Part shown: positions 20,281 to 30,508 of the stretch, one piece after another
Numbering within the stretch: the stretch's first letter is position 1
Layout of the letters: each line of letters begins with the position of its first letter
DNA from: Candidatus Multivorans sp.
GTDB taxonomy: Bacteria; Acidobacteriota; Thermoanaerobaculia; Multivoradales; Multivoraceae
Direction of reading: 5' to 3'
NCBI GenBank assembly: GCA_965224025.1
Contig: OZ245033.1
Location: 2,560,001-2,624,000 of the forward strand
Length of the DNA stretch: 64,000 bases
Notes under the pieces: model-generated
The model's database searches: none
What the model was told of the DNA's origin: nothing
What the model saw: only the letters and a program-made list of their open reading frames with translations
Program-made: the position numbers and the translations under genes

Positions 20281-23046
20281 ATGAAGTGGACCACGAAACG
20301 CGCTCTCACCCTGACCGTCGGCCTTCTCGCGTGGCTGGCTGTGGCGATACCGGCGCCAGCGCAGGATCAGCCAGACGGCGTGGCGAAGGTGGCGACCGTC
20401 GAAGGGATCACCGAGTACGAGTTGGAGAACGGTCTCCGGTTCCTCCTGTTCCCGGACCAGAGCAAGCAGCAGGTGACGGTGAACGTCACCTACCTGGTCG
20501 GTTCGCGGCACGAGGGCTACGGCGAGACCGGGATGGCGCACCTTCTCGAGCACCTGGCTTTCAAGGGCACGCCGAACCATCCGGACATCCCGGCCGAACT
20601 GACGGAGCACGGGGCCTTCCCCAATGGCACGACCTGGTTCGACCGCACGAACTACTTCGAGACCTTCCCGGCCACGGATGAGAACCTGGACTGGGCGCTC
20701 GATCTGGAGGCTGACCGGATGGTCAACTCCTTCATCTCGGCCGAGGACCTCGAGTCGGAGATGACCGTGGTGCGGAACGAGTGGGAGAGCGGCGAGAACC
20801 AGCCCGGGAGCGTGCTCCGCAAGCGCGTGATGTCCGCTGCGTTCGACTGGCATAACTACGGCAACTCGACGATCGGGGCGCGGGCCGACCTGGAGAATGT
20901 GCCGATCGAGCGCCTGCAGGCCTTCTACCGCAAGTACTACCAGCCGGACAACGCGATCCTGGTGGTGGCCGGCCGGTTCGAGGTTGACCGGGCGCTGGAG
21001 CTGGTGGCGGAGAAGTTCGGGCCCATCCCGCGCCCCGAGCGCACCGGCGCGAACAGGCTGTTCAGCACCTACACCGCCGAGCCGGCCCAGGACGGCGAGC
21101 GGACGGTGACGCTGCGGCGGGTTGGCGATGTCCAGCTCCTGATGGCGGCGTACCACGTGCCGCCAGGCGCCCACGAGCAGTTTGCGGCGGTCGATGTGCT
21201 GACTCACGTGCTGAACGCCAAGCCTGCCGGGCGGCTGTACAAGAACCTCGTCGAGCCGGGGCTCGCCGCTTCGGCGTTCGCTTCGAGTCTTCAACTCAAC
21301 GAGCCCGGTGTCCTGATGGCGTCGGTCCAGGTCCGGGAAGGGGATTCGCTGGAGGATGCCGCCGAGGCTCTCTTCGCGACGATCGACGAGATCGCGGCGG
21401 CGCCGCCCACCGAGGAGGAGGTCGAGCGCGCCAAGACGGACTATCTGTCGGCCATCGAACTCGCCTTCAACAACCCTCAGGGCATCGCGCTCCAGTTGAG
21501 CGAGTGGGCCTCGATGGGAGACTGGCGTCTCTTCTTCCTGCATCGGGACCGCCTGGAGAAGGTCACGGCGGAAGGGGTTCACGAGGTTGCGCAGACCTAC
21601 CTGCGCGACTCGAATCGCACCGTGGGCTACTTCTATCCGACGGACGAGACGCCGGTTCGTGCCGAGGTGCCTGAGCCGCCGGACGTTGCCGGCCTGGTGG
21701 CGGGCTACGCCGGGCGCGAGGCGGTGGCGGAGGGCGAGGCCTTCGACCCGACACCCGCGAACATCGATCGCCGGACGCGGCGCCTGACCCTCCCGAATGG
21801 GGTGAAGGTGGCTCTGCTGGCGAAGCAGAACCGCGGCGAGTCGGTGAGCGTGAGTCTCGGTTTCCGCCACGGCACGGAGGAGACCCTGATGGGCCGTGCC
21901 ACTGCCGGCGATCTCGCGGGTTCCATGCTCATGCGCGGTACGACGAGGCGCTCGCGACAGGAGATCAGCGACGAACTGGACCGCCTCAAGGCCCAGGGGA
22001 GCGTCGGCGGCGGCGCGATGATCGCGAGTGGTTCGTTCACGACGGTGCGGGAGAGTCTGGCCGACGTATTGCGGCTGGCCGGTGAGATCCTGCGCGAGCC
22101 GGCGTTCGATGCGAACGAGTTCGATCTGCTCCGCGAGGAGCGTCTGGCCGCGATCGAGTCCCAGCGCTCGGAGCCGATGGCGCAAGTGCCGCAGGCGATG
22201 AGCCGGCACTTCAATCGCTGGTCGCCCGAGCATCCCCGCTACTCACCGACGTTCGATGAGCAGATCGAGCGTCTGAACGCGGCCACGGTCCAGGAAGCGA
22301 GGGAATTCTGGTCCTCCTTCTATGGCGCCGAGGGCGGCACGATCGCGGTGGTCGGGGACTTCGACGGGGACGAGACGGTTGCGGTGCTCGAGGAGCTGTT
22401 CGGTGACTGGGAGGCGTCCCAACCCTACGAGCGGGTCGCCGATCCGTACCGAGAGGTCGACACGGTGACACTCGACATCGAGACGCCCGACAAGACGAAT
22501 GCGATGATGATGGCGGTGACCAGCTTCTCGATGCGCGACGACGACGAGGACTACCCGGCGCTCGTGATGGCGAACTACATGCTGGGCGGAGGATTCCTGA
22601 GTTCGCGGCTGGCGACCAGGATTCGGCAGCAGGAGGGGCTGTCCTACGGCGTTGCCTCTCAGATTGTGGCGCCTCCGATCGACGACAGCGCGCTGTTCCT
22701 GACCTACGCCATCTTTGCGCCGGAGAATGCCGACAAGGTCGTCGCGGCCTATCGCGACGAAGTGGAGAAGGCGCTCGAGGCCGGCTTCACCGATGAGGAG
22801 TTCGAGGCTGCCAGGCGCGGTTACCTGGACGCCCAGCAGAACGGGCGATCCCAGGATCGCGCTCTCGCGTCGATGCTGAACGGCAACCTGTTCTTCGGCA
22901 GAACGATGGCGTTCACGGCCGCCCAGGAGCGGGCGATCGGGGCTCTGACGGTCGAGCAGGTCAACGAGACCCTCCGCCGTCACATCTCCCTCGATGGCAT
23001 CTCGGTCTTCCGCGGCGGCGACTTCGCCAACAAGCTGAATCAGTAG
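20281..23046 (+). CDS. M16-family zinc metallopeptidase, secreted
   Basis: HLLEH (HxxEH), NGTTWFDRTNY, RQQEGLSY; signal peptide. Confidence 0.92.
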   Translation: MKWTTKRALTLTVGLLAWLAVAIPAPAQDQPDGVAKVATVEGITEYELENGLRFLLFPDQSKQQVTVNVTYLVGSRHEGYGETGMAHLLEHLAFKGTPNHPDIPAELTEHGAFPNGTTWFDRTNYFETFPATDENLDWALDLEADRMVNSFISAEDLESEMTVVRNEWESGENQPGSVLRKRVMSAAFDWHNYGNSTIGARADLENVPIERLQAFYRKYYQPDNAILVVAGRFEVDRALELVAEKFGPIPRPERTGANRLFSTYTAEPAQDGERTVTLRRVGDVQLLMAAYHVPPGAHEQFAAVDVLTHVLNAKPAGRLYKNLVEPGLAASAFASSLQLNEPGVLMASVQVREGDSLEDAAEALFATIDEIAAAPPTEEEVERAKTDYLSAIELAFNNPQGIALQLSEWASMGDWRLFFLHRDRLEKVTAEGVHEVAQTYLRDSNRTVGYFYPTDETPVRAEVPEPPDVAGLVAGYAGREAVAEGEAFDPTPANIDRRTRRLTLPNGVKVALLAKQNRGESVSVSLGFRHGTEETLMGRATAGDLAGSMLMRGTTRRSRQEISDELDRLKAQGSVGGGAMIASGSFTTVRESLADVLRLAGEILREPAFDANEFDLLREERLAAIESQRSEPMAQVPQAMSRHFNRWSPEHPRYSPTFDEQIERLNAATVQEAREFWSSFYGAEGGTIAVVGDFDGDETVAVLEELFGDWEASQPYERVADPYREVDTVTLDIETPDKTNAMMMAVTSFSMRDDDEDYPALVMANYMLGGGFLSSRLATRIRQQEGLSYGVASQIVAPPIDDSALFLTYAIFAPENADKVVAAYRDEVEKALEAGFTDEEFEAARRGYLDAQQNGRSQDRALASMLNGNLFFGRTMAFTAAQERAIGALTVEQVNETLRRHISLDGISVFRGGDFANKLNQ

Positions 23047-23062
23047 GCGCGCCGGTCTCCGG

Positions 23063-23113
23063 ACTGGGTGCGCGGGCCTTCTGGCCCGCATCCGGCGCGT
23101 AGCGCCGGTCTCC
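23063..23113. repeat. 51-bp intergenic palindromic repeat
   Basis: 49/51 identical to 41423-41473; between convergent genes; degenerate relatives near 30950 and 43725. Confidence 0.8.
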
Positions 23114-23121
23114 GTTCCGTC

Positions 23122-25080
23122 CTACCCCCCAACCTCGCCGCCGATCGCCGCCACCAACGCCGCGATCGACTCCGGGTTCTTCAGCGTTCCCACGTTGACC
23201 GCCGTCTGCACCGGCTCGCCCGCGAGGATCCGCTTGATCGGCACCTCCAGCTTCTTGCCGGAGAGCGTCGTCGGCACCTCTGGAATCGCGCGGATCTCGT
23301 CCGGACCGTGCCGCGGCGAGAGCCGCGTGCGCAAGTGCCGGCGAATGCGGTCGGCGAACGCCGCGTCGAGCGACATTCCGTCGCGGGGCACCACGAACAG
23401 CCACAGCTTGCCCTCGTTGTCCAGGCTCCCGGTGTCCACGATCACGCAGTCTTCGATCTCGGGCAGCTCCGCGGCAGCGCGGTAGAACTCGGAGGTGCCC
23501 ATCCGCACACCGCCGCGGTTGAGCGTCGAGTCGGAGCGGCCGTAGATCAGGGAGCTGCCGTCCTCATCGAACTCGATCCAGTCGCCGTGGCGCCAGACGC
23601 CGGGCCAGTGGTCGAAATAGCTGTCCCGGTAGCGCTCGCCCGAACCGTCGTTCCAGAAGAAGAGCGGCATGGACGGCAGCGGCTCGGTCAGCACCAGCTC
23701 GCCGACTTCTCCGACTACCGGCCGGCCGCTCTCGTCGAAGGCCTCGACCTTGGCGCCCAGCGAGCGGCACTGGATAAGGCCACGCCGAACCGGTTGGAGC
23801 GGATTCGGTCCGACGAAACCGGTGCAGACATCCGTGCCGCCGGCGAGCGAGCCGAGCCAGACATCGGACTTCACGTGTTCATGGACCCAATCGAAGCCCT
23901 CGGCCGGCAGCGGCGCGCCGGTCGAGCCGACCGCGCGCAAGGCGTCAAGGCCGAATCGCTTGCCCGGCGCCAGGCCGGCAGTCCGGCAGGCCAGCAGGAA
24001 GGGCGCGCTGACACCGAAGCAGGTCACCGCTTCCTCGTCGGCGAGACGGTACAAGGCGTCCAGGTCGGGCCAGCCGGCCGAGCCGTCGTAGAGCACCACG
24101 GTCGCGCCTACGAGAAGCCCCGAGACCAGGTAGTTCCACATCATCCAGCCGGTCGTCGTGTACCAGAAGAAACGGTCGCCAGGCCCGAGATCGGTGTGCA
24201 GCGCCAATTGCTTCAAGTGCTCGACGAGGATGCCGCCGTGGCCCTGGACGATCGCCTTCGGCAAACCGGTCGTGCCGGACGAATAGAGGATCCAGAGCGG
24301 ATGGTCGAAGGGAACCGGCTCGAAGGCGAGTTCACCGGGTTCGGCGGTCAGTTCACGCCAGGAGAGTCGTTTCGGCATGCCGATGCAGGCACCGGCCGGC
24401 GCTACCAGGACCGCCGCCACGAGGGTCGGCAGCGAACGGACGCTCCGGTCCAGATCCGCAGCGCGGTCGTAGCGCCGGCCGTTGTAGTCGTAGCTGCCTG
24501 TGCCGATCAGAACCTTCGGTTCGATCTGACGGAAGCGGTCGAGCACGCTGTCCACCCCGAACTCGGGCGGACAGCTCGACCAGATCGCGCCCAGGCTGGC
24601 AGTGGCCAGAAAGGCGATCGCGGCCTCGGCGCTGTTCGGCAGATAGGCGACCACCCGGTCGCCGGCTCCGACGCCGAGGCGCTGCAGTCCGGCCCGCGCT
24701 GCCGCGACTTCGCGCCGCAGGTCGTCGCGGCTCAGTTCGCGCCGGGGCTCCGCTTCGCTCCGGCAGATGAGAGCCGGTTCTGTACCGCCTCCTGCGAGGG
24801 CATGCTCGGCGTAGTTCAGGGTGGCGCCCGGGAACCACTTGGCGCCGGGCATGGACCTGTTTCCGATCGCCCGCTTGGCGGGGGTGTGAAAGCGCACCTC
24901 GAAGTACTGGGCGATAGACTCCCAGAATGCATTCAGATCGGTGACCGACCAACGCCAGAGCTCGTAGTAACCGGCGAATCGAAGCTCGCGCTTGGTCTCC
25001 AGCCAGCGGAGGTAGGCGGTCAGCCTGCATCCGTCAACCTGTTCCGCGGAGGGTCGCCAGAGCATCTCATGCCCGGTCAC
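23122..25080 (-). CDS. Acetoacetate--CoA ligase
   Basis: YSSGTTGLPK, TTTGWMMWN, GGTDVC, GRSDSTLNRGGVRMG, SGKKLE. Confidence 0.92.
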   Translation of the reverse strand: MTGHEMLWRPSAEQVDGCRLTAYLRWLETKRELRFAGYYELWRWSVTDLNAFWESIAQYFEVRFHTPAKRAIGNRSMPGAKWFPGATLNYAEHALAGGGTEPALICRSEAEPRRELSRDDLRREVAAARAGLQRLGVGAGDRVVAYLPNSAEAAIAFLATASLGAIWSSCPPEFGVDSVLDRFRQIEPKVLIGTGSYDYNGRRYDRAADLDRSVRSLPTLVAAVLVAPAGACIGMPKRLSWRELTAEPGELAFEPVPFDHPLWILYSSGTTGLPKAIVQGHGGILVEHLKQLALHTDLGPGDRFFWYTTTGWMMWNYLVSGLLVGATVVLYDGSAGWPDLDALYRLADEEAVTCFGVSAPFLLACRTAGLAPGKRFGLDALRAVGSTGAPLPAEGFDWVHEHVKSDVWLGSLAGGTDVCTGFVGPNPLQPVRRGLIQCRSLGAKVEAFDESGRPVVGEVGELVLTEPLPSMPLFFWNDGSGERYRDSYFDHWPGVWRHGDWIEFDEDGSSLIYGRSDSTLNRGGVRMGTSEFYRAAAELPEIEDCVIVDTGSLDNEGKLWLFVVPRDGMSLDAAFADRIRRHLRTRLSPRHGPDEIRAIPEVPTTLSGKKLEVPIKRILAGEPVQTAVNVGTLKNPESIAALVAAIGGEVGG

Positions 25081-25150
25081 GTTGTTTCCTCACTGTTCGG
25101 GGCCGAACGCTACGCTCGTGTGACACCCACAACACAAGGGAGGGTAGACG

Positions 25151-25531
25151 ATGAAGCATCTTCCGCTCATGGCGCGCATTCTGCTGGGACTGATCTTCGC
25201 GGTCCTCGGCACAATCGGTCTGCTTCAACTGGGGCCGGAGCCCGAGATGGGGGAGGAGGCAGCAGCTTTCATGGGCGCGCTGATGGACACCGGCTACCTG
25301 TGGCCGGTCATCAAGGTAACCGAGATCGTCTGCGGCGTGCTCCTGATTCTCGGGATCTTCGTGCCGCTGGCGCTTCTCGGGTTGGCGCCGATCGTCCTGA
25401 ACATCCTGCTCTTCCACCTTTTTCTGGCGCCCGAGACCGTGGCCATCGGTATCGCCGCGGTGGTGCTCGGCCTCTACGTCGCCCACCAGCACAGATCGAG
25501 CTTCACCAGCGTCCTGCAGCGGAAGGCCTGA
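25151..25531 (+). CDS. DoxX-family membrane protein
   Basis: ARILLGLIF...TGYL...EIVCGVLL...NILLFH; four hydrophobic segments. Confidence 0.8.
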   Translation: MKHLPLMARILLGLIFAVLGTIGLLQLGPEPEMGEEAAAFMGALMDTGYLWPVIKVTEIVCGVLLILGIFVPLALLGLAPIVLNILLFHLFLAPETVAIGIAAVVLGLYVAHQHRSSFTSVLQRKA

Positions 25532-25558
25532 ACGAACTGATCGGGCGCCCGGCGGGCG

Positions 25559-26914
25559 CTACGACCCGGCGCCGACCGCGATGAGGTGCCGTCGGGCCCG
25601 GAAGTAGATGACGCCATCCGAGATCGCCGGTGTCGCCATCAGGGTCTCGCCGAGTTCGTTGACGGCGATCTCGTTGAGTTCGGGGCCCGGCTCGATGACG
25701 TAGACGTCGCCGTCCTCGCTGTTGAAGTAGATGCGGCCGCCGGCGGCGACCGCCGAGGCGCTGAAGCCGGAGGCGCCGCGGCCCAGGCGCTTCTGGGTCA
25801 GGCGCTCGCCGGTCGTCCAGTCGACCACGGTGACGACGCCGTTGTCGTAGCAGAAGTACGCGAGCTCGCCGACCACGATGGGCGTCTGCATGTAGTTCCC
25901 GAGTCGCTCGTGGAACCAGGCCACCGCGTCGTGGTCGGGATCGAGCTTGCCCTCGGCGTCCGGATCGATCGCGTAGATCGGTTTCAGCCGGCCATGGGCG
26001 TTGGTGATCAGGATCGGTCCATCGCCGGCGCGAACTGGCGTCGGCACGGGGATGTCTCCGCCGCCTTCGAGGCGCCACAGTTCCTCGCCGGTGTCGAAGT
26101 CGTAGGCGCCAATGTGTTGGTAGCCGTTCAGCACCACCTGGCGCCGGCCGTCGGCGCGCGGAAAGACGGCGGGCGTGCTCCAGGTGGCGACCTCCTCGCG
26201 GGGCGTGCGCCAGATGTCCTCACCGGTCATGGCGTCCAGGACCGCGACAAAGGAGTCGCTCAGGATGTCGACCTGGATGACGACGCGGCCGTCGTGGACG
26301 ATCGGCGAACTGGCGAATCCCCACTCGTAGGTGGGGAAGTCGTAGGGGCCTGAGTCGAGCACGCCGAACTGACGGTTCCAGAGTGAGTTGCCGTTCAGGT
26401 CGTAGGCGTGGAGCCCCTCGGAGCCGAAGAAGGCAACCAGGACGTGGCCGTCGGTCGCCGGCGTCGAATTGGTATGCGACGCCTTCATGTGGCGCTTGAT
26501 CGCCGGCTTGCCGTGGAAGGCGGTCTGCCGCCACAGGAGCTCTCCGCTCTTCTTGTCGAAGGCGAAGACCTGAAAGCGCTGGGGCGGTTCGCCCGCGACC
26601 GGCGTGCCGTCGCCGTAGAGACCGACCTTGAGCGACGCCTCGCCCCGGTCGGGCACCGCCGTGGTCAGGAACAGGCGGTCGCCCCAGATCACCGGGCTCG
26701 AATGGCCGAGGCCGGGCACGGGTACCCGGAAGACGATGTTCTCGCCGGTCTCGACGTTCCAGGTGGCCGGCGGCGATCCGGTGCCCCTTCCGTCGGCGCC
26801 GTTGCCGCGGAACGACGGCCAGTTGTCCGAGGCGGCGAGGGGCGGGGCGGTGGCTGCTGCCAGCGCGGCCAGCGTGGCAGCCGCAGCGTTTCGTCTGCTG
26901 GAGGAAGCGGCCAT
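25559..26914 (-). CDS. PQQ-binding-like beta-propeller protein
   Basis: NWPSFRG, GHSSPVIWG, NSTPATDG, WSTP repeats; signal peptide. Confidence 0.85.
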   Translation of the reverse strand: MAASSSRRNAAAATLAALAAATAPPLAASDNWPSFRGNGADGRGTGSPPATWNVETGENIVFRVPVPGLGHSSPVIWGDRLFLTTAVPDRGEASLKVGLYGDGTPVAGEPPQRFQVFAFDKKSGELLWRQTAFHGKPAIKRHMKASHTNSTPATDGHVLVAFFGSEGLHAYDLNGNSLWNRQFGVLDSGPYDFPTYEWGFASSPIVHDGRVVIQVDILSDSFVAVLDAMTGEDIWRTPREEVATWSTPAVFPRADGRRQVVLNGYQHIGAYDFDTGEELWRLEGGGDIPVPTPVRAGDGPILITNAHGRLKPIYAIDPDAEGKLDPDHDAVAWFHERLGNYMQTPIVVGELAYFCYDNGVVTVVDWTTGERLTQKRLGRGASGFSASAVAAGGRIYFNSEDGDVYVIEPGPELNEIAVNELGETLMATPAISDGVIYFRARRHLIAVGAGS

Positions 26915-26920
26915 CGCGGA

Positions 26921-28276
26921 CTACGACCCGGCGCCGATCGCGATCAGGTGACGGCGGGCCCGGAAGTAGATGACGCCGTCCGAGATCGCCGGCGTGGCCA
27001 TCAGGGTCTCGCCGAGCTCGTTGACCGCGAGTTCGCCCAGATCTTCGCCAGGTTCTATGACGTAGACGTCGCCGTCCTCGCTGCTGAAGTAGATGTAGCC
27101 GCCGGCGGCGACCGGCGAGGCGGTGAAGCCGGAGGCGCCGCGGCCCAGGCGACGTTGCGCGACCCGCTCGCCGCTCTGCCAGTCGACCACGGTGACGACC
27201 CCGTTGTCGAAGCCGAAGTAGGCGAGGTCGCCGACCACGATCGGGGTCTGCATGTAGTTGCCGAGTCGCTCGTGGAACCAGACCATTGCCTCGTGTTCCG
27301 GACCGATACCGCCCGCCGCGTCCGGGTCGATGGCGTAGATCGGCCGCATCCTCCCATGGGCACTGGTGATCAGGATCGGACCGTCGCCGGCGCGGATCGG
27401 CGTCGGGACGGGTATGTCGCCACCGCCTTCCAGCCGCCACAGTTCCTCGCCGGTGTCGAAGTCGTAGCCGCCGATGTGCTTGTAGCCGTTGACGACGACC
27501 TGGCGGCCTCCGTCGCCGCGAGGGAACACGGCGGGGCTGCTCCAGGTCGGAATCTCGTCACGGTCGGTGCGCCAGACGTCCTCGCCGGTCGCGGCGTCGA
27601 GAGAGGCGAGGAAGGAGTCGCCCTGCACGTCGACCTGGATGATCACGCGGCCGTCGTGGATCACGGGCGAACTCGCAAACCCCCACTGCGCCGTCTTGAC
27701 CATGTAGTAGCCGGAGTCGAGCAGGCCGAATTGCCGGCTCCACAACGCCTTGCCGTCGAGGTCGAAGGCGTGCAGCCCCTCGGAACCGAGAAAGACGACC
27801 AGCACATTGCCGTCGGTCGCGGGCGTGGAGTTGGTGTGCGACGCCTTGGTGTGGCGCTTGACCGCCGGCGTGCCGTGGAATGCGGTGCGCTGCCAGAGCT
27901 TCTCGCCGCTTCGCTTGTCGAAGGCGAGCACCTCGTAGTGTTGCGGCGGTTCGCCCTCCACCGGCGCAATGTCGCCGTAGAGGCCGACCTTGAGCGACGC
28001 CTCTCCGCCTTCCGGGACCGACGAGGTCAGGAACAGACGGTTGCCCCAGATCACTGGGCTCGAGTGGCCCAGGCCGGGAACGGCGACCCGGAAGAGCACG
28101 TTCTCGCCGGTCTCCGCGTTCCAAGACGTCGGCGGCGCGCCGGTGCCGTTGCCGTCGGCGGCGTGACCGCGGAAGGAGGGCCAGTTGTCGGAAGCCGCGG
28201 CAAGGGGGGCCGCCGCGATGAGAGCGGACAGAATCGGGAAGTAGCGAATCGATGAAGCGGTGGCCTTGGTGTTCAT
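26921..28276 (-). CDS. PQQ-binding-like beta-propeller protein (tandem paralog)
   Basis: Colinear with the adjacent gene with long identical stretches; likely start ATG 28276. Confidence 0.85.
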   Translation of the reverse strand: MNTKATASSIRYFPILSALIAAAPLAAASDNWPSFRGHAADGNGTGAPPTSWNAETGENVLFRVAVPGLGHSSPVIWGNRLFLTSSVPEGGEASLKVGLYGDIAPVEGEPPQHYEVLAFDKRSGEKLWQRTAFHGTPAVKRHTKASHTNSTPATDGNVLVVFLGSEGLHAFDLDGKALWSRQFGLLDSGYYMVKTAQWGFASSPVIHDGRVIIQVDVQGDSFLASLDAATGEDVWRTDRDEIPTWSSPAVFPRGDGGRQVVVNGYKHIGGYDFDTGEELWRLEGGGDIPVPTPIRAGDGPILITSAHGRMRPIYAIDPDAAGGIGPEHEAMVWFHERLGNYMQTPIVVGDLAYFGFDNGVVTVVDWQSGERVAQRRLGRGASGFTASPVAAGGYIYFSSEDGDVYVIEPGEDLGELAVNELGETLMATPAISDGVIYFRARRHLIAIGAGS

Positions 28277-28334
28277 GGCCCTAGTATCTTCGATCATCAG
28301 CTTCCTGGTGTGCCTTGCGTCGCCGAGACCCGCT

Positions 28335-28444
28335 GACGTCTGCCGCGCTGAGATGGCGACGAGGTGGCGCCGCGTTGCCTCTGCGGAGTGGCGCCGGTGA
28401 CCGTCAAGACGTCTGCCGCGCTGAGATGGCGACGAGGTGGCGCC
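28335..28444. repeat. Two identical 37-bp direct repeats separated by 36 bp
   Basis: GACGTCTGCCGCGCTGAGATGGCGACGAGGTGGCGCC at 28335-28371 and 28408-28444. Confidence 0.85.
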
Positions 28445-28517
28445 TGCTGGAGGGTCGCTGCGAGGTGTTGGGCTAGAGTCCGTCCCATGAGGTTCACGCG
28501 AATTCCCGGGAGTCAGG

Positions 28518-30341
28518 ATGATGGTCCAGTTCTGCCATAGCCGGACCGGCGGGCGGGTCGCGGCGGCAATCCTGCTTGTCCTTGTCTCCGTTGCGACTCT
28601 GCCGGCCGCGGCGGACGCGCAGGTCGATCCCATGCCCGACACGTCGCTCGGTCCATCGCCGCCGGATCCGCGGGTGACGGTCCGTTCGGAAGCCGACTAC
28701 ACGATCACGTTCCAGGGCGCGTGGACGACTGCCGTTGCGCCGGGCGGCCTTCCCAGCGGAGCGCACTTCTCAAGCCTGATTGGCGGCGTTCACAACGACC
28801 AGGTGGTGTTTCTGAGAGAGGGCGAACAGGCATCCCTTGGCGTGGAGAGGATGGCCGAACTCGGAGGGACGTCTTCGCTCACGACTGAGATCAACTCAGC
28901 GGGTGCGAACCGGCTCAGCCTGATCAAGGGCTTTCTTTCGGGCAGCGGCCCGAGAACTACCGTGAGGTTCAAGGGTGAAACCCTCACCACCGATCATCCT
29001 CGCGTGACTCTGTTGACGATGGTCGCGCCCAGTCCGGACTGGTTTACGGGCGTTTCCGGGTTGTCGTTGCTCGACAGTTCGGGCAATTGGAAGCCGTCGC
29101 TTTCCGTGAATCTCTATCCGTGGGATGCCGGGACCGAAAACGGCGAAGAGTTTCAACTGGACAACGACGCGACTTCGCCACGGGGTGTCATCACGAGCCT
29201 TCGCGGTGTTGGGAAGTTCACCAACGCGAAGATCGCAACGTTGACCCTTACCCTGGAGACGATTCGGTCGGTGCCGGCTGCGATCGCGGACCTTGAAGCG
29301 ACGCCGGGCAACGAACAGGTCATGCTCAGTTGGACGGCGCCCTCCGCCGCCGGCAGCGCGATCACGAAGTTTCAGTACCGCGTGAGCAGCGATGGCACGT
29401 CCAGTTGGAATCCCGACTGGACGGATATCCCTGACGGAGGCGATCCGGACAACGATGCAGGAAATGAAGTCGGCTACAGGGTATCCGGTCTCATGAATGG
29501 CATTGAGTACACCCTCGAGGTGCGCGCGGTGAACGCCCATGGCGGGAGCCCGGCAGCGGCGGTCATTGCAACGCCGGTCGGCGACGCCGGCGGCGTTGAC
29601 GATGGCGAGGACGGCGGAGACGACGGGGACGCCGACGAGGACGACGGAGACGACGCCGACGATGAGGCCGGCTTGCCGCCACAGGCTGCGATCACGGTGA
29701 GCGCGGAGTGCGCGGAGGATCTGTGTCGCGCGCGCACCGGCGTTCCGGTGACCTTCGAGGACACGAGCAACGGTACGGTCGAGTTCCGGAGCTGGGAGTT
29801 CGGCGACGGCCGCATCCGGGAGAGCCCAACCGTGGAGTACGCATGGTCGGAACCGGGCTTCCATGAGGTCGTTCTCCGGGTTGGTGATGGCACGACAGAG
29901 TCCACGGCGTCCTTGAAGTTCCTGGTGGTGGCGAACGAGCCTGCCGGAACCTGCGAAGCGGACGAAGAGACGCTGTGTCTGCGGGACTCGCGATATGCGG
30001 TCGAGATGGACTGGTGGACCGGCGACGGCAGCGAGAGTGGCCCCGGCAGGGTGGTGTACGAGGGGACGAACGCTTCGGGACTGTTCTACTTCTTTGAGCC
30101 GGGGAACAGTTGGGAGGTCCTGACCAAGGTTCTGAACGGTTGCGCGTTGAACAACCACGTGTGGGTGTACGCGGCGTCGGCGACAACGCTGGGGTACTCG
30201 ATCCGGTTGACGGACACGGTGACCGGTGCGGTGCGGGAGTACCGGAACGAGGACGGCCGGCGGGCGCCGGCGATCACGGACGACATGGCGTTTCCGGAGG
30301 GCTGCGGGGGGGCAGCCGTGGCTTCATCGCCACGAAAGTAG
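28518..30341 (+). CDS. Secreted spondin_N + FN3 + PKD domain protein with Cys-containing C-terminal domain
   Basis: HFSSLIGGVHN, MVAPSPDWF, PWDAGTE (spondin); FN3; Asp/Gly linker; WEFGDG (PKD); LCLRDSRY...KVLNGC...TDTVTG tail. Confidence 0.82.
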   Translation: MMVQFCHSRTGGRVAAAILLVLVSVATLPAAADAQVDPMPDTSLGPSPPDPRVTVRSEADYTITFQGAWTTAVAPGGLPSGAHFSSLIGGVHNDQVVFLREGEQASLGVERMAELGGTSSLTTEINSAGANRLSLIKGFLSGSGPRTTVRFKGETLTTDHPRVTLLTMVAPSPDWFTGVSGLSLLDSSGNWKPSLSVNLYPWDAGTENGEEFQLDNDATSPRGVITSLRGVGKFTNAKIATLTLTLETIRSVPAAIADLEATPGNEQVMLSWTAPSAAGSAITKFQYRVSSDGTSSWNPDWTDIPDGGDPDNDAGNEVGYRVSGLMNGIEYTLEVRAVNAHGGSPAAAVIATPVGDAGGVDDGEDGGDDGDADEDDGDDADDEAGLPPQAAITVSAECAEDLCRARTGVPVTFEDTSNGTVEFRSWEFGDGRIRESPTVEYAWSEPGFHEVVLRVGDGTTESTASLKFLVVANEPAGTCEADEETLCLRDSRYAVEMDWWTGDGSESGPGRVVYEGTNASGLFYFFEPGNSWEVLTKVLNGCALNNHVWVYAASATTLGYSIRLTDTVTGAVREYRNEDGRRAPAITDDMAFPEGCGGAAVASSPRK

Positions 30342-30508
30342 ACGTGAATACACGATGGCTTCACCGATGAGCGTCTTGTGGGACCCGCGCCGTGAACGCC
30401 GCACGGTCCCTCCCCGGTTTCCCGAACGGCCGGAGCGGTCGTTGTACGATGGTGAAGATTCAATGAGGGTGGACCACCCGGGGAACAACCAGGAGGAGGC
30501 ATACGAAG

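Noticed and set aside
28335-28444. CRISPR array
   Set aside because: Only two repeats, no cas genes in the window, no typical repeat termini; kept as a plain repeat
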